Source: an uncultured bacterium (GTDB taxonomy: Bacteria > Gemmatimonadota > Gemmatimonadetes > Gemmatimonadales > Gemmatimonadaceae). From it: a stretch of DNA of 64,000 nucleotides. This document shows positions 21,002 through 29,557 of the stretch, in pieces. Location: contig CAXBQP010000004.1 of assembly GCA_963978095.1 (NCBI GenBank), positions 1-64,000 of the forward strand, given 5' to 3'. Made by a program: the position numbers and the translations under genes. How positions within the stretch are numbered: position 1 is the stretch's first letter; the number at the start of each line of letters is the position of its first letter. The notes beneath the pieces are model-generated. The model was not told the origin of the DNA. It saw only the letters and a program-made list of their open reading frames with translations, and ran no database searches.

Positions 21002-22252
21002 TTACTTGAGCGCCATCAGATAGGCGACGATGTCGGCGATCTGCCGGTCGTCGAGGCCCGCGGCGAGCTTCTTGCCCGTCTGGGGGTCGAGCTCCCCCGT
21101 GCCGAGTGTCGGCATGATGGAGCCGGGCTTCATCATGCGGGCGTTCTTGAGCCAGCGGGCGAGCGTCTTGGCGTCGGCGGTGTAGATGCCACCGGCGATC
21201 GTGTGGCGCGTGCCGAAATGGGTCAGGTTCGGGCCCGAGGCCGCGTCATCCGTCAGCCCCATGGCCGTCATCTCACCCTTCACGATGTGGCAGGTCAGGC
21301 AGGGCGCCTTGCCCATGTTGGCCATGTTCGTGATCAGTTCACGACCGGCGGCCACATTCCCCTGCGGCAAGAGCGTGTCGTCGAACTTGACTTCGCGATC
21401 GCCCGTGGGGAGCGGCGTGCTGGGGATGGCGTGCGTCGGGATCCGGCCGACCGGGAAGGCGTAGCCGCTGTCGGTCGCCGCGGCGACGGCGGGAGCGGCC
21501 GCAGTCGCGGTCGCGGAGCCGAGCCCCGGCGTCTTCTGATGCTCGACCCACTTGCCGAAATCCGCGTCCGACACGGTGTAGACGTGGAAGCGCATGTTGG
21601 CATGCGACGAACCACAGTACTCGGTGCAGAAGCCATTGAACACCTGATCGGCGAGATCGGCGTTCGGCGTGTACCAGAGATAGTTGGTCTTGTTCGAGAT
21701 CAGGTCGCGCTTGCCGCCGAGATTCGGCGTCCAGAAGGAGTGGAGCACGTCCTTGGTCCGGAGCGCGAAGTTCACCGTGCGGCCCGCCGGAATGTAGAGC
21801 TCGTTCGCCGTGGTGACGCCCAGTTCCGGGTACCGGAACTCCCACCACCACTGGTGACCGATGACCTCCACCTGCAGCGACCCCGTGGACGCCTTGGCCT
21901 GCGTCTTGAAGATCGTCTGAACCGTCGGAATCGCGATCATCACGAGAATGAGCGCCGGGATCGCGGTCCAGGTGATCTCCAGTACCGCGTTGCCGTGCAC
22001 CTGCTTCGGCGCAGGGCTGTCCGGGCGCTTCCGGAACTTGAAGATCGTGACGAGGAGGAGCACCTCGACGAAAACGAACACGATGGTCCCGAACAGGAGC
22101 AGTCGGTTCCAGAGCGCGTCGGTCGCGGTGTTCAGATCGGTGAGATGCGTGAACGTGGAGTTGGGGTACTGATCTCCACACGCCGCCAGCGCCAGCGCAG
22201 CCACCGCAACGACCAGGGCGGTGGGGAGCCGGCGCGAATGCTTACCGGGCAT
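21002..22252 (-). CDS. ctaC: Cytochrome c oxidase subunit II with fused cytochrome c (caa3 type)
   Basis: Lipobox LAAC, GHQWWW, CuA ligands HSFW and CTEYCGSSHANM, heme motif CLTCH with PGSIMP. Confidence 0.95.
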   Translation of the reverse strand: MPGKHSRRLPTALVVAVAALALAACGDQYPNSTFTHLTDLNTATDALWNRLLLFGTIVFVFVEVLLLVTIFKFRKRPDSPAPKQVHGNAVLEITWTAIPALILVMIAIPTVQTIFKTQAKASTGSLQVEVIGHQWWWEFRYPELGVTTANELYIPAGRTVNFALRTKDVLHSFWTPNLGGKRDLISNKTNYLWYTPNADLADQVFNGFCTEYCGSSHANMRFHVYTVSDADFGKWVEHQKTPGLGSATATAAAPAVAAATDSGYAFPVGRIPTHAIPSTPLPTGDREVKFDDTLLPQGNVAAGRELITNMANMGKAPCLTCHIVKGEMTAMGLTDDAASGPNLTHFGTRHTIAGGIYTADAKTLARWLKNARMMKPGSIMPTLGTGELDPQTGKKLAAGLDDRQIADIVAYLMALK

Positions 22253-22613
22253 TACACAGAGTCCTTTCTGATGATGTGAGTCGGGCATGAAGTTCGGGCG
22301 ATGCCCCCGACCGACTTAACAGTATTCGGCGACGTTTGACAGAGCAACCCGAAAGGATGGGTAGGGATGCTATCCTTTCGGGTAGGTCTCGGACCGATGG
22401 CTTTCAGTAAGTGTAAGCCCCTCAACAGGTTAGCGTCATGAAATTGACGGGCGAACGGGGACGCCGGCGTGCATGATACGACCGCCGGTACCGATGTTGG
22501 GGGCCCCAACCGCGGAGCGATCGCTGAAACCACCGTGCAGGGATCGGCTTGTGCCGCGTCCGGCCCGCGGTGACGACCCGCTCCGCACGGCGGCTCGCGG
22601 ACATCCGGTCCCG

Positions 22614-23147
22614 CTAGTCGAGCAACCAGGCGGAGAGCTGGTCGGCGAGACGCCGCCGCTGTTCGGGGCTCAGGTGTCGCGCGCCACGCACGGTCCCCAC
22701 GCATCGCGTACTGCCGCAGTGGCACGCGAAGGGCTCCGCCATGTCGTGTTCCGTGGTGTTGTAGTCGAACGTGATGGCCTCTCCCACGTGTATGTCGCGG
22801 CAGGCATGTACGCTCCGATCACGGATGCGGACCGTCGGTTCGCAATGGTGGTTCATGTAGCGCCAGAAGTAGCGCTGCACGACCTCTTCCTCACTGCGTG
22901 CGCAGTCCTGATCCAGGTGCAGCGTGGCGCCCACCTGAAGCGAGTATCGGGTTGGGCTCGGCGTTTCACGTCCCGAGAGGTGGAAGAGCACGGTGCCTGC
23001 TGCGATCGGCGCCGTGGCGATCAGTCGTCGGTCGTCCGCGGTCACGAGCACGCCGACGATCGAGGAATCGCATGGCAAGAGCGTCCCCGGGGGCGTCCCC
23101 GGGGATGCGGCTGCACTCGGGTGCTGCTCAGCGTCGGTGATGTCCAC
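22614..23147 (-). CDS. SET domain protein with post-SET zinc motif (putative lysine methyltransferase)
   Basis: RYMNHHCEP, EAITFDY, CHCGSTRC. Confidence 0.85.
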   Translation of the reverse strand: MDITDAEQHPSAAASPGTPPGTLLPCDSSIVGVLVTADDRRLIATAPIAAGTVLFHLSGRETPSPTRYSLQVGATLHLDQDCARSEEEVVQRYFWRYMNHHCEPTVRIRDRSVHACRDIHVGEAITFDYNTTEHDMAEPFACHCGSTRCVGTVRGARHLSPEQRRRLADQLSAWLLD

Positions 23148-23165
23148 GCGCGGTGTGCGCCGACG

Positions 23166-25271
23166 TCAGGCGCCGCAACCGCCGGCGCGGCCGCCACCGC
23201 GACCACCAGCGGCAGGCATGGTCGTCGGCGCCGCGATCGACGCGGGGTCCCCCTTGGGCCAGACGTTGTCGGAGGGATCGTGGTCGGGGAACCGGCAATA
23301 GGGATCGAAGACGACCTTCTCGACCCTGCGCCCGCCGAAGTTGAGCGCTGCGGTGAAGGTCCGGCTCCCCGCGAACCAGACATCCACGGGGTACGTGACG
23401 AGCGCCGTGACGCTGTCGAGCATCCTGGCGTTTCGCATCGGCGTGATCGGCCCTCCCTTCGCCGCGAGGACGACCTTGAGGACAACTGGCGAAGGCATCT
23501 GCCCATCTTGACGCACCACGACGTTGGTCGTGGCGCCCTTCGTCGTCACGCTCGCGATCGAGCCGTCCACGCTCTCGGTGGTGAAGAGCCAATAGTACCA
23601 GAACCAGCTCAGGTCCTGCTTGAGCGCGCGGTTCATGAAGAACATGTAGTCCCACGGCGAGGGATGCTTGAACATCCAGGTCTTGCCCCACTCGCTCTGC
23701 GCCTTCCACACGGCGGAATCGCCGACGATCCCGCCCAGCATCGAGAGCATGAGCGGGGTCTTGGAGTAGGTGGTGAAGCTGTAGAACTGCGGGCCGGCGT
23801 AGTTCGCGTTCCACATCATCGGCGGCTCGGCTTCGTTGCCGCTGGTGCGCCCGTACGATTGACCGGCGCCGTCGAGGTTCGGCGCGGTTTTGCGGCTGTC
23901 GGCGGCGGAGAGGATGTTCATGTACTGATTGAAGCCCTCGTCCATCCAGCCGTACCAGGTCTCGTTGTTGGAGACGGTCATGGGCCACCACTGGTGCCCC
24001 GTCTCGTGATCGGCGGCGCCCTGGTTGGAGTTGATGACCATGGGGTACTCCATGCCGGCGCTGGGGCCGTCCTGGAGCGTCATTTGCGGAAACTGGTACG
24101 GGAACCAGATGCCTGAGTAAAACTCGAGCGCGTGGCGCGTGATGGGGCCCGCGTTGGCAAAGAGGCCCGCATCACCGGGCAGGAAGTACATGTTGACCGG
24201 GATCGCGCGCTTGCCCGGGATCGTGGCGCGGGTGGCAGACCAGTTGAACTTCTTGGCGGTGGCCCAGGCGAAGTCGTTCACCGTGTCGGCGACGAAGTGC
24301 CAGGTCAGGCGATCGCCGGCGGCGGTCGCCTTCCCGGGACCTGCTTCATCGGTCCCCACGATCGTCAGGACCTCGTCGCTCTCGAGCACGTGGGAGAGGC
24401 GCTCGCGCGCGGTGGCGGTGAGGACCTGTTCCGGGTTCTGCAGCACGCCCGTTCCGCTCACGATCCAACCGGCGGGGACGCTGATGCGCACGTCGAACCT
24501 GCCGAAATTATTGTAGAACTCCGAGGGGCCGAGGTAGAGCTCCGGGTCCCAGCCGCGGAGGTCGTCATAGACGGCGACACGCGGATACCATTGCGTGGGC
24601 TGGTACAGCGTGTCTGCCCAGCGCTGGATCATGCGGTGGTTGGCCCCCGGACCGCCGGGGATCTTGTGGCTCCACTCGACCTCGAGCGTCGCGCGTCCCT
24701 TGGCGGGGATCGGATTCACGAGCGCGATGGTCGCACGGCTCGTGTTCATGCCACTCGCGCGATTCTCGGTCGGGGCACCACCGGTGCCACCGCCACGTCC
24801 GCCGCGGCCGCCGGCCACGGGCGCGAGATTCACCGGCTGGCCGTTCACGGTGATCTTGGTGATGACGAAGCCATCGGTGTTCTCGCTCGGGATCCAGGGG
24901 GCGAGGTGCGGGCTCTGGAAGAGGAAGAGGTTCTGGTCGAGCCGCATCACGATGCTCGCGAGCGAGTCGGCGGTGTTGTTGCTGATGACGATCGACTCAC
25001 GCCCGGTGATCCGCGAGGTTGACGGATCGAGCGTGGCGTTGATCGTGTAGTCGGTGCGCAACTGCGCGTAGTTCTTGCCCGGTCGGCCCGTGGAGTCGCG
25101 CGTGCCGGCGGCGAAGGCCTTCCGGATGATGTTCGTGAGCGGGATGTCGCGGCGCACGGCGCGCTCAGGGAGCGTAGCTCCGGTCTGGGCACGGAGCGGG
25201 ATGGCGATCGTGCTGTCGGCGAGCGCGCTACCGGCGAGGAGCGCCAGCAGGAGTCGTGAGCGGAGTGTCAT
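23166..25271 (-). CDS. Secreted M1 family metallopeptidase
   Basis: Signal peptide, QWYPR, AGMEYP, HETGHQWW...WMDEGFN, YSK. Confidence 0.9.
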   Translation of the reverse strand: MTLRSRLLLALLAGSALADSTIAIPLRAQTGATLPERAVRRDIPLTNIIRKAFAAGTRDSTGRPGKNYAQLRTDYTINATLDPSTSRITGRESIVISNNTADSLASIVMRLDQNLFLFQSPHLAPWIPSENTDGFVITKITVNGQPVNLAPVAGGRGGRGGGTGGAPTENRASGMNTSRATIALVNPIPAKGRATLEVEWSHKIPGGPGANHRMIQRWADTLYQPTQWYPRVAVYDDLRGWDPELYLGPSEFYNNFGRFDVRISVPAGWIVSGTGVLQNPEQVLTATARERLSHVLESDEVLTIVGTDEAGPGKATAAGDRLTWHFVADTVNDFAWATAKKFNWSATRATIPGKRAIPVNMYFLPGDAGLFANAGPITRHALEFYSGIWFPYQFPQMTLQDGPSAGMEYPMVINSNQGAADHETGHQWWPMTVSNNETWYGWMDEGFNQYMNILSAADSRKTAPNLDGAGQSYGRTSGNEAEPPMMWNANYAGPQFYSFTTYSKTPLMLSMLGGIVGDSAVWKAQSEWGKTWMFKHPSPWDYMFFMNRALKQDLSWFWYYWLFTTESVDGSIASVTTKGATTNVVVRQDGQMPSPVVLKVVLAAKGGPITPMRNARMLDSVTALVTYPVDVWFAGSRTFTAALNFGGRRVEKVVFDPYCRFPDHDPSDNVWPKGDPASIAAPTTMPAAGGRGGGRAGGCGA

Positions 25272-25338
25272 GGATGGCCTCGGGGTGAAGCAGAGAAGCT
25301 ACTTCACCCCGAGGCGATTGGCGACGTCTCACCCACGG

Positions 25339-25544
25339 TCATCCTCGAAACGCCGCCTTGGCGTCGGCGATGCCGCCGCCGTCGATCACATGGCGGTATC
25401 CGAGCGCCCCGAGTTCGCGGGCGGTCATCGCGGAGCGTACGCCGCTGGCGCAGTACACGAGGATCCGGCTGTCCCGGGTGATCTCCGGGCGCTCGGCGAG
25501 CGCCGGGCCCATGCGTCCGACCGGTCGAGGTCGGCATTGATGCG
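25339..25544 (-). pseudogene. Truncated rhodanese-like domain (C-terminal half only)
   Basis: ILVYCASGVRSAMTARELGALGYRHVIDGGG is a rhodanese active-site loop. Only about 65 codons fit before the S9 stop, and the N-terminal IDVR/GHIPGA motifs are missing. Confidence 0.6.
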
Positions 25545-28500
25545 CTACTTGTTCGCGTCCAGCAACTTCTTCCGCTCCTGCCAACTCTGTCCATCGGTGA
25601 TCCACTTCGCCGCGGGCTCCCCCTTGAGGTAGTGCGCGAACCACTGGAGGATCCGCCGCTCGTAGTCGACGGCGTTCTCCTTCTTCCCGAGTCCATGCCC
25701 CTCGCCGGGGTACAACAGCATCACGACCTCCTTCCCGGCACGGCGGGCGTAGTTGTAGAACTCCACGCCCTGCCGCATGTCCACGGTCGGGTCGTCGCCG
25801 CCGATCTCCAGCAGCAGCGACTTGGCGGGCATCACCGCCACTTTGTCGAGCGGGGAGTTCTTCACCATCGCCTCCGTGTCCTCCCACGGGGCGACCTCCA
25901 TGCGGAACTGCCCCGTCTCCCAGTGATCGAACTCAGGGACGGAGCTCCAGTGCATCTGTCCCGCGAAGCTGATCATGTCACTGATCCCCGCCCCCGCCAC
26001 CGCGGTCGCGAACAGGGTGCTGTGCGTGGCGAGGAAATACGCCTCGTATCCCCCCTGGGAATGTCCGGTGTGCCCGATCCGCGCCGGATCCACGAGCCCG
26101 CGTGCGATCACCGCCTTCACCGCCGCTTCCACCGAGTACAGCACCGACAGCCCGGGCTCGCGCGGCCGGAAGACGATATCCGGCATGAGCACGAAGTAGC
26201 CGTTCTGCGTGAACACGTTCGCGTTGTAGTAATCGTTCTCGCGCGGCGTGATGTACCGATGGATCCCCTGCGTCAGCAACTCGTAGGTGTAGACGATCAT
26301 CGGGTACTTCTTCTTCGCGTCGTAGTTGGCCGGGTAGTAGAGGATCGCCTGCAGGGGCTTCCCGATGGTGCTCGTGAAGTCCATCAGCTCCGTCTTCCCC
26401 CACGCGTATTCGCGCTGGAACGCGTTCGTCGTCGCGATGGTCACGCCGTTCGCGAGCTCAGGGCCCGACGCGTACAGCGTCGGCGACTCCGCAAAACTCT
26501 GTCGCGTCAAGAGGAACCGCTCCGCGCTGTCAGCCTTCGCGAGTCCACCGATCGACTGATCGGCGAGCAGCAACCGCTGCACCTCACCAGAGGGCATGAG
26601 CCGCGCATAACCGCTCTTCTTGCTGCGCGAGCCGTACAAGGCGAGATACACGGGCTTCGCCAGATCGACGCCCCGCTCCCCGTTCGACGCCGCGAATCCT
26701 CCGCCGCCGAATCCGGCACCGCCGAAGGTCACCACTCGATGCTGCAGCTTCTCCGCCGCCCCGTTCGTGAGCCGCGCCCCGCCAGAGCCATCGAGTGCGA
26801 GCGACCAGAGGTCGTACGCACTGTTCACCAACATGCGCGAGCCATCCTTGGACCAGGTCGGTTGGCCGATCCCCGGGAGCACGTCGGTCGGATGGTCGTC
26901 CTCGCGGTCGACGAAGTCGATCTTCTGCCCGCCGGTGAGCGTCGCGGTGAGATTCGTCCGGGTGCCGGTGGCGAGCTCGAGCGCCCAGTAGTCGCGGCCG
27001 TCGAACCAGGCGACGCGCTTGCCCGTGGGATCGGCGCCGAAGTAGTGGCGCACCTTCTCCAGCACCCGCGCGCGCGCGCCGCTCGCAATGTCGATCGTCC
27101 AGACATCCTGGTCGCGACGCCCGAACTTCTGACCGAACGGATACGGTTTGCGGTCGATCTCGGTCGCGACGCGGTCGCCCTCGAGCACGGTCGCCGTTTC
27201 AGCCGGATCGCTCCCGATCCGTACCACCGCGTTGCCGGCGAGGTGCCAGGCGGCGAGCGACGTGGCGCGCAGATCGCGCTGCTCCGACGCGCGCTGCTCG
27301 GGGATCACATGCACGTCCTTGGTGTGCCAGATCTCGACGTCGGAGATCTTCTCCTCGCTCTTCTTGGGGGCGTCGGCGACTGCCTCGCGTGTGCGGAGAC
27401 CCAGGTACAGCGTGCGGCCATCCTTGCTCCAGCGCGGCAGGCGATACTCCGCCACCCGCTGTCCGGCCGGAATCGCCGCCGCGCCGGCTTCCAGCGTACG
27501 CGCCGTGCTCGCGGGCGAGGTCACGCCGCTCCAAGCGAGCACCGTATGCGCGGTGTCGCTGTAGGCGCGGTCCACGGCGGTTCGGAGCACCGCGAGATCC
27601 TCCGACTTGGCACGCCACGCGAGCCCACGGTAGATCGACGACGAGGACTCGAGCACCCGCACCGTGCTGTTGCTCCCGTCGAACAGCTGGACGCTGTTCC
27701 CGGTCGCGCCATCGACCGTCATGGTGAAGGCGAGCAACGCCTTCGAATCCGCCCACGCCTGTTCGGCGACACTCGGGAAGACGAGCCGTGTCCCGGTGGC
27801 GAGCTCCTGCACGATCACATCCTGCACCCGCTTTCCTTCGGCGGCGTACCGCGTCATGGCGATGAAGTGGCCATCGCCGCTCAGGGAGAAGCTCGCGACA
27901 TCGCGGAGCGAGCTGGTCGCGCCGCTCGTGAGATCGCGCACGATGATCCCCGTGTGCACCGGCTTCTTGTCCTTGGTGAGCTGCTCACGCTCCTTGGGTG
28001 AGACACCCACCAAGTAGGCCACCCAGCGCGAGTCCGGCGTGAAGCTGGGGTTCGTGGCATACGGGATCACGATCGTGGTGTCGCGCGCGCCACCGCGCAG
28101 GCGGAGTTCGTTCTCCTCATTGCCGCGCGAGATGTTCACCGCGATCCACCGGCCGTTCGGTGCGAAACGCGCGGCTCCGAGCGACTCCCACTTGCCGAAG
28201 TCCTTCGGCGTGAGCGCGGGCTTCTCGCCGGGCTTGAGCGGCGTCCCCGCCATGCGCCGCAGCTCGATCTCCGACACGATGAACCCGAACCCCGCCCACC
28301 CGCCACTGGCCACGGACCGCTCGAAATACCGACGGGCGCGCGCACTGTCCCCTTTCGCGAGATACCAGTTCCCGATCCCGAAGGCGAGCGTCGCGACCTG
28401 CACGTCAGCGGTATCGGCCGCGGTGAAGACCTGCTCCGGGTCGGTGAGTCCGCGGTACATGCGCAGTCGGGCGGCGTACGCGTTGTCCACCGGCAGCGAG

Positions 28501-29087
28501 TCCGGATGCCGATCGAGCATCGCCTTGGCCGCGGCATGCTTGCCCGCGCGCGAGAGCGACATCCACAGCCAGTCGGTGGAACCTGCGAGCTCCCCAGCGT
28601 CCGGGGCCTTCGGGAGCGCATGCGTGAACGCCTCGGCCGCACCGTTGAAATCCCCCTCGGCGAATCGGATCACGCCGAGGTGGTACCAGAGCCCGTAGAT
28701 CGCACTGTCACGCGCGATGCCGCGGGTGAGGTCGGCTTTCCCCTTGTCGAGCTCGCGGATCGAGAGGTACCGATGGCCGCGCCAGCGCAGCAGCAGCGCG
28801 TCGTCGGGGTGTGCAGCGAGTCCCCTGCTGAACGTCTCCACCGCCTCCCGCATCTGGCGCGCGCCGGCCTGCGCGGTGCCGAGCGCGACGATCTTGTCGA
28901 TGTTCGTGGGGTCGGCGGCCAGCGCCTTGGCCGCCTGCGCCACCTTACCGTCGGCATCAGGGAACGAGCGGTACTCGACGCCCGCGGGCGAGCGGTACTG
29001 CAGTGTGGTCTGCGCCGAGGCCTGGGCCATCAGGGGCGCGACGTGAACGAGCGCGGCGATCAGCGCCGCAGAGCGGAGTCGGAACAT
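25545..29087 (-). CDS. Secreted S9 prolyl oligopeptidase family peptidase with N-terminal TPR domain
   Basis: Signal peptide, about 270 aa of TPR-like helices, beta-propeller, GHSQGG, D (GGDDPTV), H (GEGHG). Confidence 0.9.
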   Translation of the reverse strand: MFRLRSAALIAALVHVAPLMAQASAQTTLQYRSPAGVEYRSFPDADGKVAQAAKALAADPTNIDKIVALGTAQAGARQMREAVETFSRGLAAHPDDALLLRWRGHRYLSIRELDKGKADLTRGIARDSAIYGLWYHLGVIRFAEGDFNGAAEAFTHALPKAPDAGELAGSTDWLWMSLSRAGKHAAAKAMLDRHPDSLPVDNAYAARLRMYRGLTDPEQVFTAADTADVQVATLAFGIGNWYLAKGDSARARRYFERSVASGGWAGFGFIVSEIELRRMAGTPLKPGEKPALTPKDFGKWESLGAARFAPNGRWIAVNISRGNEENELRLRGGARDTTIVIPYATNPSFTPDSRWVAYLVGVSPKEREQLTKDKKPVHTGIIVRDLTSGATSSLRDVASFSLSGDGHFIAMTRYAAEGKRVQDVIVQELATGTRLVFPSVAEQAWADSKALLAFTMTVDGATGNSVQLFDGSNSTVRVLESSSSIYRGLAWRAKSEDLAVLRTAVDRAYSDTAHTVLAWSGVTSPASTARTLEAGAAAIPAGQRVAEYRLPRWSKDGRTLYLGLRTREAVADAPKKSEEKISDVEIWHTKDVHVIPEQRASEQRDLRATSLAAWHLAGNAVVRIGSDPAETATVLEGDRVATEIDRKPYPFGQKFGRRDQDVWTIDIASGARARVLEKVRHYFGADPTGKRVAWFDGRDYWALELATGTRTNLTATLTGGQKIDFVDREDDHPTDVLPGIGQPTWSKDGSRMLVNSAYDLWSLALDGSGGARLTNGAAEKLQHRVVTFGGAGFGGGGFAASNGERGVDLAKPVYLALYGSRSKKSGYARLMPSGEVQRLLLADQSIGGLAKADSAERFLLTRQSFAESPTLYASGPELANGVTIATTNAFQREYAWGKTELMDFTSTIGKPLQAILYYPANYDAKKKYPMIVYTYELLTQGIHRYITPRENDYYNANVFTQNGYFVLMPDIVFRPREPGLSVLYSVEAAVKAVIARGLVDPARIGHTGHSQGGYEAYFLATHSTLFATAVAGAGISDMISFAGQMHWSSVPEFDHWETGQFRMEVAPWEDTEAMVKNSPLDKVAVMPAKSLLLEIGGDDPTVDMRQGVEFYNYARRAGKEVVMLLYPGEGHGLGKKENAVDYERRILQWFAHYLKGEPAAKWITDGQSWQERKKLLDANK

Positions 29088-29126
29088 GCGCGGGAGCCCG
29101 AAGGAGGAGAGAGAACCGGTCAAAAG

Positions 29127-29555
29127 CTACCGCGTCTCGTGCGAATCCGCCTCCGGTGCAGTGTCCCCGCCGTCCGCTGTGGACGCCTCGAGCGCCTCGT
29201 CGGGGACGGCGTGCTTCTCCTTCACCCGGCGCTGTGCGAGCTCCATTGCGGTGCGCAGTTGCGCGACGTGTTCACGGAGGGCGCGGACCTTGGTCGCGTC
29301 GCTTCCGCCGCGACCAACGACCAGCAGCATGGAGGAGACGAGATCGGCGATCATGCCGAACTGCCCCTTGAGCTGTCCTTGGAGTGGCACCGCCAGGCGT
29401 TTCACCTGCTGCGGCGCCATGCCGATCGCGCGCTGATTCTTCACATCGTTCGCCATCCGCTCGACCACCGCATGGATGCCGGACAGCGCCATCAGGCCGT
29501 CCTCGAGGGTCTTGAGCTTCAGGGTGCCGGCCCCGTCGAGTTTCACCGGGGGCAT
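29127..29555 (-). CDS. Hypothetical all-helical cytoplasmic protein
   Basis: ATG 2 nt after the aspA stop; amphipathic helices and an acidic tail. Confidence 0.75.
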   Translation of the reverse strand: MPPVKLDGAGTLKLKTLEDGLMALSGIHAVVERMANDVKNQRAIGMAPQQVKRLAVPLQGQLKGQFGMIADLVSSMLLVVGRGGSDATKVRALREHVAQLRTAMELAQRRVKEKHAVPDEALEASTADGGDTAPEADSHETR

Positions 29556-29557
29556 GG

